The position numbers were made by a program, and so were the translations under genes. A DNA stretch of 64,000 bases from Candidatus Sumerlaeaceae bacterium (lineage in GTDB: Bacteria; Sumerlaeota; Sumerlaeia; Sumerlaeales; Sumerlaeaceae): assembly GCA_051003195.1 (NCBI GenBank), contig JBPCLP010000011.1, positions 96,001 to 160,000 on the forward strand. The letters run 5' to 3'. Position 1 is the stretch's first letter. Every line of letters begins with the position of its first letter. This document shows, piece after piece, positions 48,628-59,468 of this stretch. The notes beneath the pieces were generated by a model. It saw only the letters and a list, made by a program, of their open reading frames with translations, did no database searches and was not told the DNA's origin.

Positions 48628-49119
48628 ACCTTACAGAAACATTACCGCTATTCAAGTGGCGAAATTACCAACTTGAACTTGAATACAGGAACGAGACAAT
48701 TTGATGACCCTGGCAACGCACCCCCCCGTGCCTACCGTCGTCCATCCCGCCGACGATTCCGAGTCCGGCTTGTACTCGGCAATCCGCAATCCGCACTCGA
48801 AAGTACTCCGAAATCCGCAATCCGCACTCCAAGTGGCCCACGCAGACGAACTCGAAACAGGAGTGAAACCTTACAGAAACATTACCGCTATTCAAGTGGC
48901 GAAATTACCAACTTGAACTTGAAAGCAAGAAAGGAGACCTTTTGATGACCCTGAGAAACGCAACCTGCCGTCCTTGCCGTCGACGATTCCGAGTCCGGCT
49001 TGGTCTCCGCACTCCGCACTCCGCACTCGAAAGTACTCCGAAATCCGCAATCCGCAATCCGCACTCGATCTGGAGGCCGCATGATCTGAACATTACGGAA
49101 ATCAAAGGGCGAAATTACC
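48628..49119. repeat. 240-bp-period direct repeat (2 full units and 1 partial) with a 56-bp identical head and (A/C)ATCCGC-type heptamer runs
   Basis: 48628-48683 is identical to 48868-48923; shared GACGATTCCGAGTCCGGCTTG and CACTCGAAAGTACTCCGAAATCCGCAATCCGCA; degenerate head at 49089-49119. Confidence 0.92.
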
Positions 49120-49306
49120 CAATCGGCCTGTTTGATTTAAATCGTGAAATGCCAATGAGCGACGCCAATGTTTGATTACTTTTGATTAGCTTTGATTAAG
49201 GCTCGGCGCTGGTTTTTGAAGTGCGTGCCGCTTGCCGCCGCTTTTGGTAGCGCAAGGCTCGATTATTTGCCCGGGGCTTCCAGCACTGATTGAGTCTTCT
49301 TCTCGC

Positions 49307-49329
49307 AGCAGGCTGGAAGCCTGCTCTAC
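49307..49329 (-). repeat. GTAG-type REP hairpin (a GTGG-type relative lies at 48589-48611, + strand)
   Basis: Minus strand GTAG-AGCAGGCT-TCC-AGCCTGCT; other copy GTGG-CGCAGGCG-TCT-CGCCTGCG. Confidence 0.7.
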
Positions 49330-49442
49330 CGCGCAGGATGCGCGACCTCTGGGACGGCACACTGGTGATCCTGACGTTTTTTGTTTTCCATTGGTAGTAG
49401 CGCACGCAATGGACGCATGAAACCTCTAACGACTGGACGCTG

Positions 49443-50690
49443 ATGAACGCTTCGGAGCTCAAAGGTAAAACAATCGCATTTGCCGGCAGCGGCGGGCTGG
49501 ATAGCTGCACCATCACGCGCTGGCTGACGGACCAGGGCGTCAAAGTTGTGAGCGTGACGCTGGACCTTGGACAGCCCGACGAATCGAGCCTGGACGAGGT
49601 GAAGCAGCGCATGCTGGCGTCGGGCGCGCAGGACGCCGTGGTGGTGGACGGCCGCGCGGCACTGGCCGAGGAGGGGCTGAAGGTCATCCAGTCGCAGGCG
49701 ACGTACGAGGGCGACTACTGGAACACGACGGGGATCGCGCGTCACGTGACCACGAACCTCATCCTCGACGTGATGCGGCAGCGCGGCATCAAAATTTTAA
49801 GTCACGGCGCGACGGGTCGCGGCAACGACCAGGTGCGCTTCCAGCTTGTGACGAACATGCTGGAGCCGGATTTCGACGTGTACGCACCGTGGCGCGACCA
49901 GCAGTTTCTGGACGCGTTCGGCGGACGCAAAGAAATGATCACCTATTGCGAGAGCAAGGGCATCCCGGTGAAGGCGAGCCACGCAAAACCGTATTCGACC
50001 GACGCGAACCTGCTGGGACTGACGCACGAGGCCGGCAAACTGGAAAGCCTCGAAGTCGGCGCGCTGGAGATCGAGCCGGAGTTTGGAGTGTCGCCGGTGG
50101 AGGCGCCGGACAAGCCGGAGCCGGTGGAGGTCACGTTTCACCGCGGACGGCCGACGCATCTGAATGGAAAGAAGCTCGACCTGCTCGAGCTGCTGGAGCT
50201 CGGCAATAAAATTGGCGGGCGTAACGGGGTGGGGATCGCGCTGCACCTGGTGGAGAATCGCTTCGTCGGGATCAAGAGCCGCGGCGTGTACGAGACCCCC
50301 GGCATGCAACTGCTGGGCAAGGCATACGAGTATATGCTGCAACTGATACTGGACCGGCGCGGACGGCGGCTGTTCGATCACCTGAGCGGCATGCTGGCCG
50401 AGCAGATTTACCAGGGCTACTGGTTCGATCCGGCGTCGACGGCGGCCAAGGCGGCGGTGGCGCACTTCGCGCGGTTCGCGACGGGCACGATCAAGATGCA
50501 GCTTCACAAGGGCAACTGCCACTTCGCCGCGGCTGAGGATGTCGCGCACTGCCTGTACTCGGAAAGCGCGGCGAGCATGGAGAAGGTGGGCGAGTTTAAC
50601 CACGCCGACAGCGAGGGATTTCTGAACGTGCTGGGTGTGTCGGCGCGTATCCTCGCGCGGATGGACCAGATCGACGGACAGAAGGATTGA
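49443..50690 (+). CDS. argG: Argininosuccinate synthase
   Basis: [61 protein letters not shown]. Confidence 0.95.
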   Translation: MNASELKGKTIAFAGSGGLDSCTITRWLTDQGVKVVSVTLDLGQPDESSLDEVKQRMLASGAQDAVVVDGRAALAEEGLKVIQSQATYEGDYWNTTGIARHVTTNLILDVMRQRGIKILSHGATGRGNDQVRFQLVTNMLEPDFDVYAPWRDQQFLDAFGGRKEMITYCESKGIPVKASHAKPYSTDANLLGLTHEAGKLESLEVGALEIEPEFGVSPVEAPDKPEPVEVTFHRGRPTHLNGKKLDLLELLELGNKIGGRNGVGIALHLVENRFVGIKSRGVYETPGMQLLGKAYEYMLQLILDRRGRRLFDHLSGMLAEQIYQGYWFDPASTAAKAAVAHFARFATGTIKMQLHKGNCHFAAAEDVAHCLYSESAASMEKVGEFNHADSEGFLNVLGVSARILARMDQIDGQKD

Positions 50691-50697
50691 AAAGGCG

Positions 50698-51687
<990 letters not shown>

Positions 51688-51819
51688 TTGGCAGGCTATA
51701 GAACATTCGCTCAGGTCGATAACCCAACCTAATCCAAGCCGCGGCCGAGTGAAACGCGGGCCTCGCACGATTTTTCGTGCATCGCGCCCGGTTCTCGCTA
51801 CGTACAGCTCCCAGAACCC

Positions 51820-52626
51820 ATGTTACACTTCCCGATTCATACCGCAGGCCGGATGTTCCGCTGGTGCATGCCGGCGCTCATAGTTGTGGCGCTGCTGGCA
51901 CCGCCCGCCCCGGCCATCGACACGGCAGCACGCCGATCGATTCCCGATGCGGGACCCAGCCGCATCTCCTTGCGGCAGGTGGCGGGACCGTACTCGTTCG
52001 GCAATGGCCTGGACCTGAACTACGAAATTCACATCAGTCCCGACGGGCAGTTCACGTACCAGCAGGCAAGCTACGAAGGCGTGGCGGCAGAGGCGGCGGG
52101 ATACGCGCGCATGACCGGCAGAAAGCTTGTGCTCACGCCCACCTCCGCAACGCCTGAAGCATGGCCCGCCGGCATGGGGCTTGAGTTGCTTCCCGTGCAG
52201 TGGGGATCGCGGCTGTACCTGGTGCCCGAGAAGGACATGATGGCTTTTGTGAACGCGGTCAATCGCGGCAGCGAGCCCGTGACGCAGATCAGCCGCGGAC
52301 ATTTTTTTCTACGCGAAGGCGATCTCGACAAACCGGCCAGCGGTCATCCGGATTTACCCGGAAGCTTCGCCAGCCTGCTCCTGAGCAAGCCGCTGCGGGG
52401 CAAAGTGCTGGGTGAAGAGACGTCGGGCTTTTGGAAGGTCGACCTGGGCAAACGCAACGGCTTGCATCCCGGTATGGAACTGTGCGCATGGAGTCCGGAT
52501 CGCCGCCAATGCGTCACCCTGGTCATCTCGCGGGTGGAAGACTGCTGCTGCTTCGCGGAGAACCGTCGCGGAAGCGGCGCGCCGCTGCTCAACTGGAAAG
52601 TCTGTTCACGCCAGCAGTATGATTAA
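51820..52626 (+). CDS. Secreted hypothetical protein
   Basis: Signal-peptide-like PALIVVALLAPPAPA; plausible codon usage; true start may be the ATG at 51853. Confidence 0.6.
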   Translation: MLHFPIHTAGRMFRWCMPALIVVALLAPPAPAIDTAARRSIPDAGPSRISLRQVAGPYSFGNGLDLNYEIHISPDGQFTYQQASYEGVAAEAAGYARMTGRKLVLTPTSATPEAWPAGMGLELLPVQWGSRLYLVPEKDMMAFVNAVNRGSEPVTQISRGHFFLREGDLDKPASGHPDLPGSFASLLLSKPLRGKVLGEETSGFWKVDLGKRNGLHPGMELCAWSPDRRQCVTLVISRVEDCCCFAENRRGSGAPLLNWKVCSRQQYD

Positions 52627-52644
52627 CAACCATCCTGCTGTTGA

Positions 52645-53874
52645 TTGAGCCCGGCCGCGGCACACCAGCGTAGAATACGAATTGCCTGTTTCGCACACTT
52701 AAGCGAAATCAGCGGCGCGGTGACGTCGCTGCTGTCGATGGCGGAACATCTCGATGCAGTGCGCTTCGAAACGATTTTTGTGGTGCCGGGCGAAGGGCCT
52801 ATACTCCAACGCGCTAAGGAGAGCCCGGTTCGAACGGTGGTGCTCCAGAATCCGGAGGTCAGCCTGGCTACGCAGGCGGGTGTTTTCGGCAAGGCAAATC
52901 TGACCTTCAAACGCCTTCGTTACGTGCGGAGTGTCGCGGCGTTTCTGAAGCGTGAACACGTCGATATGGTTTTCCTCTCGTCGGTACACTCCGTGTTCGC
53001 CGGCATGGGGGCTGCGCTGGCGCGCAGGCCTATCGCCTGGCACGTGCACGAGACGATCGAAAATCCGGGTCGTGCGACGCGGATGAAACTCGCCCTGGTC
53101 GAGCGGCTTGCCTCGGCGCTGTTTTACGATTCGGAGTCGGGTCGCCAGGCGTTCCCGGCGAAACATGTTGTTCGCCAGCAGGTGCAACTGAACTGGATCG
53201 ACCTGGATCGTATCCGCCAGCCCGATTCGTCCGCGGAAGAGACGGCGCTGGCCAGTATCGGTTTGTGCCCGGGGCAATCCTTCATCCTGGCGAACGGCGT
53301 GATTCCGCGCAAGGGTCCCGACATCCTGGTCGGAGCCGCAAAGAAGGTGATGGATGCACTTCACGCCAGGAATGAGACGACCGCGCTTCCGGTGTTTGTG
53401 TTCAGCGGTGCGTGCGGTCCTGAGCTTCAGCCATTCTACGAGGCGCTTCAGTCGGACATTGCGGCCTCAGGCGGGCAGGAATTGGTCCGCTTTGCGGGAG
53501 TCCGCGACGATCTGCCCGCGCTTCTCCGCCGCGCCACGATCTACGTGTCGCCTTCGCGCAATGAGGCCCTGCCGATCACGATGATCGAAGCCATGGCCGC
53601 CGGCACACCGGTGATCGCCACGGATGTGGGCGATTGTCGCAGCTTCCTGGAGGATGGAAATCTTGGGACGGTCGTGCCGCCGGAAAATGCGGATGCACTT
53701 GCGGCCGCAATACTGGAGCACTTGCAGAATCCAGTAGCCGCCCGGCAAAAGGCGCAACTTGCGCAGCAGAAAGTACTCAAGCTGTACCAGCCCGGCGGGT
53801 TTTACGAGGACCTTGAAACGACGCTTATGGAACTGGCTCGGGAACGAGGTATGGGTCGTCTTCCGGCCGGATAG
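52645..53874 (+). CDS. GT4-family glycosyltransferase
   Basis: WHVHE, KG.D.L, F.G.R.D, PSRNEALP...IEAMAAG.PVIATDVG. Confidence 0.9.
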   Translation: MSPAAAHQRRIRIACFAHLSEISGAVTSLLSMAEHLDAVRFETIFVVPGEGPILQRAKESPVRTVVLQNPEVSLATQAGVFGKANLTFKRLRYVRSVAAFLKREHVDMVFLSSVHSVFAGMGAALARRPIAWHVHETIENPGRATRMKLALVERLASALFYDSESGRQAFPAKHVVRQQVQLNWIDLDRIRQPDSSAEETALASIGLCPGQSFILANGVIPRKGPDILVGAAKKVMDALHARNETTALPVFVFSGACGPELQPFYEALQSDIAASGGQELVRFAGVRDDLPALLRRATIYVSPSRNEALPITMIEAMAAGTPVIATDVGDCRSFLEDGNLGTVVPPENADALAAAILEHLQNPVAARQKAQLAQQKVLKLYQPGGFYEDLETTLMELARERGMGRLPAG

Positions 53875-55303
53875 GCAAAATCCTCTCGTCGATCAAAAGC
53901 ACCAGCGCTAGGGCGACCCAGACGCGAGTGTATAAAAACGTATCCTGGATCGCGCTGGAAAGGGCGAGAAACACACCGAGCAGCAGAACCGTCGTTGATA
54001 AATTCTGTGCCAGCTTATCGCCGGCCGCAATCGCCCGTTTCCTGTAGCCCCATGCGCCGCGCAGCCATGCAAACAGCATGAACACAAACAGGCTCACGCC
54101 AACAACTCCCCCTTCTGCCAGCAGGTTCAGGTATCCAAAGTCCGGGTAGCGCAATTCGGTCGATGTCATGTACTGCACGAAGTACGTCGAGTAATCCTGC
54201 GGAAGATAATTTTTCCACACAGCGGGAAAGGATCCAAGCCCCACGCCAAAGATGGGATGCTGCTCAAACATCTGCATGCCGAGGAGAAACGAATCCCTGC
54301 GCTCCAGGAATGAGTAGTCTTTGCTCAGCGTCGCCACCGTGCTGAATCTTGCAAGCACAAGCGGCAGCACCGTCACGGTCGCAAGCCCGCCCATTACCAC
54401 GATGGCACTCAACAGCAGCTTGCGTCCATGGTAGCGGTACATGGTACCCGCCATAACGACCAGCAGCGCAATCAGCACGTACGTCTGGCGGTTAAATGTA
54501 AACGTGGCGGCAAAAATACAGAGCAGTCCAAGCACGAGCGCCAGCGTACGTGTCCATTGGGATTTAAGCTGCGCGTAAAGAAAGAAGGCGAACGGAAAGC
54601 TGAACACCATGTTCCATCCGAACACGATCGGATTCTTGGCAGTTCCCCGCACGCGGTTTGCGGAACCCCAGTGCCCGCGGAACGCCCCGAGGATGTCCTT
54701 CTCCACGGCCTGCCATAGTCCATGCACGGCAGCAACGGCGGTCAGCCCTACGATGATCCAGCAAAAGGCGAGGATCGCCCGCTCGGTTGTCATCGAAGCG
54801 GCCAGGGCAACTGCCACCACAAAATAGATTACGACATACCGGAAGTGAATCAGGCTGCGCTCCAGATCCTCGCCGGTAATTGCACGAATGGTGAAATATA
54901 CAGCCACCGTACTTAGCACCGGCAGAAACTTCGACGGCAGCGCCATTGCGCGGCCCCGCACCACATACGCACCAAACGAAAGCAGAAACAAAAGCCCGAG
55001 CCCCTGCCCCATCGACAGCGGAAGACCGGCGACCTTTGTGTCGGCAAAAAACAGCGCGCCGAAATACAAAGCGAAAGGCAGCAGCGGATGCACGGCAGTG
55101 CAGAAAAGCGCGAACACGCCTGCAGTCATGCCCATGAGACCAAACAGGCCAAAGTGCCGGATGGGCTGCGGTGAAAGCGCCAGCAGCGCCGCCACGCCGG
55201 CACCCAACAGCGCCGTCAGGAGCGGTGTGCGCAGATTTTGCGAGTTGGCATTGCGCGATATGGACATAGACTCTATAAACCGGGTGAAAAGAGCTTGCTC
55301 CAC
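53825..55303 (-). CDS. O-antigen ligase / Wzy-like membrane protein
   Basis: Many TM helices; RVRG...NP, T..R, S..ER......M...HPIFGVG.G.F, YL.LLAEGG.VG. Confidence 0.8.
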   Translation of the reverse strand: MEQALFTRFIESMSISRNANSQNLRTPLLTALLGAGVAALLALSPQPIRHFGLFGLMGMTAGVFALFCTAVHPLLPFALYFGALFFADTKVAGLPLSMGQGLGLLFLLSFGAYVVRGRAMALPSKFLPVLSTVAVYFTIRAITGEDLERSLIHFRYVVIYFVVAVALAASMTTERAILAFCWIIVGLTAVAAVHGLWQAVEKDILGAFRGHWGSANRVRGTAKNPIVFGWNMVFSFPFAFFLYAQLKSQWTRTLALVLGLLCIFAATFTFNRQTYVLIALLVVMAGTMYRYHGRKLLLSAIVVMGGLATVTVLPLVLARFSTVATLSKDYSFLERRDSFLLGMQMFEQHPIFGVGLGSFPAVWKNYLPQDYSTYFVQYMTSTELRYPDFGYLNLLAEGGVVGVSLFVFMLFAWLRGAWGYRKRAIAAGDKLAQNLSTTVLLLGVFLALSSAIQDTFLYTRVWVALALVLLIDERILPIRPEDDPYLVPEPVP

Positions 55304-55364
55304 CCAGCTATCAAGTCAGTTAGTCAGCACCGGTACGCACTTCGTCAAGAACGGCAGGTGTAAC

Positions 55365-57083
55365 ATGGGCACGAAAAATAACATGCACTTATCACTACTG
55401 CAGAAACAGGGCCGGGTCGGTGGAGGCATCACACTTCGCGCCTCAGTCCTCGCGCTTACGCTTGCCGCTGTTTGCTTTACTGCATCTGCCGATGTGGTCT
55501 TCCTGAAAAACGGGCAGAAACAGGTCGGCATTATCACGCAAGGCGGGCCAGGTCAGCCCCGCGTCAGCATCCGCAGCATCGGCGGAGAAATCTCGATACC
55601 TGCGGACCGCATCGAGCGCATTGAGCAGGAACCCGCGGCCGCAAGCTACATGCGCCTGGGTGACCAGTATCTGGACGCCCGCCGGTTCCAGGAAGGAGCG
55701 GATGCGTACAAAAAGGGACTCGAAGCCGACCCGAAACACGCCGACCTCCAGTCAAAACTCGCGCAGGCACAGGCGGGACTCAGCGGAATTGCCGAAGCCG
55801 CGAAACAGACAGCCGATTCCCAAGTTCAACAGGTTATCGCGGGCGCCGCTGAACTCGTGAAGGCTAAGAAGTTCCAGGAAGCGTTCGATGCGCTGCACGC
55901 CGTCGAACCCGCAGCCGACTCCCCCGCCGCCACCCCCTATAAAAAGGCAATGGCCGAGCTCTACTATTTGTGGGGTGTTGACCGGGCAGACCGGCAGGAC
56001 ACCGCGGGTGCCACCGAAAAGTTTCAGATGACACTGAAGTACGATCCGCAGAACGAGCAGGCGCGCCAGGGCCTTATCCAGGCCTTTAATGGTGACCCGA
56101 CCAAGCTCAAAGAAATGAGCGAGTATTACAGCAAGTCGTCCGCGCCGGCGGACCAGGTCAAAGCCGCCGATTCCTTTTTTAAGCTGCGCCAGTATGACAA
56201 GGCACTTCCCATCTACCTCAAGTACGTCGCCGATCCGGAACTTGGCTCCAACATCATGCGAGACCGCATCAAGATCATGTACCAGAACATGCATGAAGAA
56301 CTGGCAAGACAGGGCAACTACGCCAAGGCGGTGGAACTCTACCAGGATTATGTCCAGTTTGCACCCGACGCAGACCAGACTCCGCTCGTACGCTATATGT
56401 ACATGGTGCGTCGCGGCGAAACCAACATGAACGACGTTGCGGCTCGCGTGGCCCTGGCCAGGTATGCCGAAGAACTCGGGCTTGTGAAGACCGCCAAGGA
56501 TGAGTACGCGAATGTCCTCGCCATCGCACCGGATAATGCACAGGCGAATGAAGGCTTGAAGCAGTACGCCGCGGCGGATCTGCAGGATGCGCAGGATTAT
56601 TTCAGCCAGGGACAGTACACGCTCGCCCAGCAGCAGGCAATGACCGTGGCACAAAGCTATGCGCGGTTCGCCGATATCGTAAAGCAGGCACAGGAATTAC
56701 AGACGCGCGCCGCCCTCGAAGAGCAGAAGGTCCAGAAGACGAAACAGCAGCAGGCGATCGCCCTGGCTTTGCGGGGCGACGATTACTATCGGCAGGCCAT
56801 GTCGTATTTCTCCTCGTATGTGAGCACCGACATACAGCGAAACACGCGCGTATTCTTTCCGCGTGAAGAAGCTTCCAAGTACTTCAGGCAGGCACTGTTC
56901 GCGTATCAGACGGCGCTGGCCATGGATCCTTCTCTCGGTGATCCCGCGAGTTATAACCTGAACTTTAAAATCGGGGACGCTTACGCGAAATACATTAAGA
57001 TTGCGAACCGCACGCCACCAGCCATGCCGAAACGTGACCAGGATCGCATTCAGCGTGGCGAAACCCTGCAGGGCTCCCGGTAG
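55365..57083 (+). CDS. Secreted TPR-repeat protein
   Basis: Signal peptide ending TASA-DVVFLKNG followed by TPR helices; the ORF-track N-terminal extension overlaps the ligase gene and is rejected. Confidence 0.75.
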   Translation: MGTKNNMHLSLLQKQGRVGGGITLRASVLALTLAAVCFTASADVVFLKNGQKQVGIITQGGPGQPRVSIRSIGGEISIPADRIERIEQEPAAASYMRLGDQYLDARRFQEGADAYKKGLEADPKHADLQSKLAQAQAGLSGIAEAAKQTADSQVQQVIAGAAELVKAKKFQEAFDALHAVEPAADSPAATPYKKAMAELYYLWGVDRADRQDTAGATEKFQMTLKYDPQNEQARQGLIQAFNGDPTKLKEMSEYYSKSSAPADQVKAADSFFKLRQYDKALPIYLKYVADPELGSNIMRDRIKIMYQNMHEELARQGNYAKAVELYQDYVQFAPDADQTPLVRYMYMVRRGETNMNDVAARVALARYAEELGLVKTAKDEYANVLAIAPDNAQANEGLKQYAAADLQDAQDYFSQGQYTLAQQQAMTVAQSYARFADIVKQAQELQTRAALEEQKVQKTKQQQAIALALRGDDYYRQAMSYFSSYVSTDIQRNTRVFFPREEASKYFRQALFAYQTALAMDPSLGDPASYNLNFKIGDAYAKYIKIANRTPPAMPKRDQDRIQRGETLQGSR

Positions 57084-57152
57084 AGGCCTCGTTTTGCAGC
57101 AACAATGGCCTGGAGACCAGCGCCACTCCTTGAGCAGCACATCCACTCCCGA

Positions 57153-58259
57153 ATGACGAAAACCACACCTTCCGTACCGGCACAGTTATCGATTCGCGAA
57201 AACGTTGCGCTCGCGCCGTACACCACGATCGGGATTGGCGGAGCGGCACGCTTCTTCACGGAAGCGCACACTGTCGAGGAACTGCGCGAGCAACTCGCCT
57301 GGGCTCGCGAACGCTCGCTGCCGCTGCTCGTGCTGGGAGGCGGCAGCAACCTGCTCATCGCAGACGCAGGGTTTCCTGGCCTGGTGATCCGGACAGATCT
57401 ACGCGGGATCAAGGAGGAGATCGAGACCGATGGACGTGTAGTCCTCCAAGTTGCCTCAGGCGAAGACTGGGATGCGTTCGTCCAGCAGTGCGTTAAAAGC
57501 AATCTCGCGGGATTGGAGTGCCTCTCTGGCATTCCGGGCTGCGTCGGCGCAAGCCCGATTCAAAACATCGGGGCCTATGGACAGGAAGTGAAAGGCGTGA
57601 TCACCGAAGTGGAAGCGCTCGATCGCACCACCGGACAACTGCGCACGTTTTCAAATCCGGACCTGCAATTCAGCTACCGCATGAGCCGCTTCAAAGCACA
57701 GGATCGTGACCGCTTTATCGTCACCGCGGTTAAGTTCGAGCTGCAGCGCGGCGCAACCCCGAGTGTCCGGTACGGCGACCTGACACGGCATTTTGAAGCC
57801 GCCGGCATCCGGCAGCCAACCATCCAGCAGGTGCGCACGGCTGTCCTGGAAATCCGAGCAAAGAAAGCCATGGTTGTCGATCCTGCCGAACCGAACTCGC
57901 GTAGCTGCGGTTCATTCTTTATGAACCCGGTCGTCACAATGGCGGAGCATGAACGCATCGTTGGCCAGTTGCAGAGCGAACAGGCTCTTAAGGCGGGCGA
58001 AACCATGCCGGCCTTTGATGCGGGCGCAGGCGCGAAAAAACTTTCCGCCGCCTGGCTGATGGAGAAGGCAGGCCTGCGCAAAGGGATGACACACGGAAAC
58101 GTCGGCTTATCGGAAAAACATGTGCTCGCCATCGTCAACCGTGGGGGAGGCACCGCAGCCGAAGTGCTGGAACTGGTGAAGCTTGTCCAGCGGACCGTAC
58201 ATGAGAAGTTTGGGATTCAGTTGGAACCCGAACCGGTTTTTGTTGGATTCACCCCTTAG
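57153..58259 (+). CDS. murB: UDP-N-acetylmuramate dehydrogenase
   Basis: LAPYTT..IGG.A, LGGGSNLL, GLECLSGIPG.VGA.PIQNIGAYG, FSYR.S.FK, GSFF.NP, H.L..VN.G, LEPEP. Confidence 0.96.
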   Translation: MTKTTPSVPAQLSIRENVALAPYTTIGIGGAARFFTEAHTVEELREQLAWARERSLPLLVLGGGSNLLIADAGFPGLVIRTDLRGIKEEIETDGRVVLQVASGEDWDAFVQQCVKSNLAGLECLSGIPGCVGASPIQNIGAYGQEVKGVITEVEALDRTTGQLRTFSNPDLQFSYRMSRFKAQDRDRFIVTAVKFELQRGATPSVRYGDLTRHFEAAGIRQPTIQQVRTAVLEIRAKKAMVVDPAEPNSRSCGSFFMNPVVTMAEHERIVGQLQSEQALKAGETMPAFDAGAGAKKLSAAWLMEKAGLRKGMTHGNVGLSEKHVLAIVNRGGGTAAEVLELVKLVQRTVHEKFGIQLEPEPVFVGFTP

Positions 58260-58345
58260 TGTGCCGAATCAGAAGTTCCTATCCACTTTGAGCGCGGAAG
58301 ATGAGCTCAGTTCGGCATACAGAACGGAATACGAATTAACGGTAG
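58259..58345. repeat. Dispersed hairpin+tail element, copy C
   Basis: GTGTGCCGAATCAG-loop-GTTCGGCATAC-AGAACGGAATACGAATTAACGGTAG, abutting the murB stop. Confidence 0.8.
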
Positions 58346-58423
58346 CCACCCTTAGTATTTTCACCGTCAAAGGCTCATGCTTTTTCTCGACAGCCCGCCG
58401 GGCACTCACCACGGTTCGCGCGC

Positions 58424-59407
58424 ATGAGTCACGCCTTTCCCGGAGAAGCCGCAGCACCCGACGCCGGCGGCGCCATGGTTTCCTTCGGGGAAGAGGAGCC
58501 GCCGCGCTCTTATGGGCCTCTGCATCCCGTCTCGGTGTGGCGCCGGCTCAAACACGATCCGCCTGCGCTGCTTGGGGGAGCCATTGTTCTGATCATTGTT
58601 TTGCTGGCGGTCTTCGCTCCGCTTCTGGCCCCATACTCCCCCACCGCTCGCGACCTCAGCCGCATCAATGAAGCGCCGTACTGGCTGCAAAAACCCGAGG
58701 GGTCGATCGGGAGCGACCCGCCACAGCAAAAAAATATTTTCGGCCGCGACGTACGAGGCCAGGACGTACTCAGCCGCGTGGTCTACGGTGCAAGGGTATC
58801 TCTCATGGTTGGACTCGCCGTTGTAACCATTGCTTCGTTGATCGGAGTTTCGCTGGGATGTCTTGCCGGATACGCGGGCGGCTGGGCAGATATGCTGGTA
58901 ATGCGTCTTGTCGACGTGTTGCTCGCTTTTCCGTTTCTCATCCTGGCCCTTGCGCTCGTGTCCGTGTTTCCGAATACCACGGTGTACCATATTGCCCTGG
59001 TGCTGGGCCTTGCCAGCTGGCCGGGCGTCGCTCGTCTTATGCGAGGGCAGGTGCTGGCCACCCGCGAGAATGATTACGTGAAAGCCGCGCAGGCGCTGGG
59101 AGCCGGGCACCTTTCCATTCTCGGGCGCCACATCCTGCCCAATTGCATCGCTCCTGTGCTCATCTGGTTCACAATGGGTATCGCGGGCGCCGTGATGGGT
59201 GAGGCGTCGCTGAGCTTTCTCGGCCTCGGCGAAGATGATTCGCTTAGCTGGGGCTCGATGATTAACAACGGACTCGCAAAAGCGGATTTCCCGACGGAGT
59301 GGTGGGCAGTCGTGTTTCCCGCACTTGCACTCGCTTTCACGGTGCTCGGGTTCAATCTGCTGGGTGATGGCCTGCAGGACGCCATTAACCCCAAAATCAA
59401 AAAGTAG
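58424..59407 (+). CDS. Peptide/nickel ABC transporter permease (OppC/DppC-like)
   Basis: G.D..G.DV.SR..YGAR.SL, YV.AA.ALGA....I..RHILPN, EASLSFLGLG, FNLLGDGL.DA..P. Confidence 0.92.
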   Translation: MSHAFPGEAAAPDAGGAMVSFGEEEPPRSYGPLHPVSVWRRLKHDPPALLGGAIVLIIVLLAVFAPLLAPYSPTARDLSRINEAPYWLQKPEGSIGSDPPQQKNIFGRDVRGQDVLSRVVYGARVSLMVGLAVVTIASLIGVSLGCLAGYAGGWADMLVMRLVDVLLAFPFLILALALVSVFPNTTVYHIALVLGLASWPGVARLMRGQVLATRENDYVKAAQALGAGHLSILGRHILPNCIAPVLIWFTMGIAGAVMGEASLSFLGLGEDDSLSWGSMINNGLAKADFPTEWWAVVFPALALAFTVLGFNLLGDGLQDAINPKIKK

Positions 59408-59468
59408 CAGCGATCCACACACTATGCGCAGTCACCTCCATGTTTAAATCTGCACGCATGTGCCAGCC

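Noticed and set aside
48452..49175. Short ORFs in the 240-bp repeats
   Set aside because: Frames are not conserved between copies and the peptides are heptamer-repeat translations (IRNPQSA).
40400..49400. Prophage or intact transposon call for the island
   Set aside because: No integrase, transposase, structural or replication genes, and no clear target-site duplication was identified.
54888..55364. N-terminal extension of the 731-aa ORF
   Set aside because: It is antisense to the O-antigen ligase gene; the signal peptide begins only after 55365.
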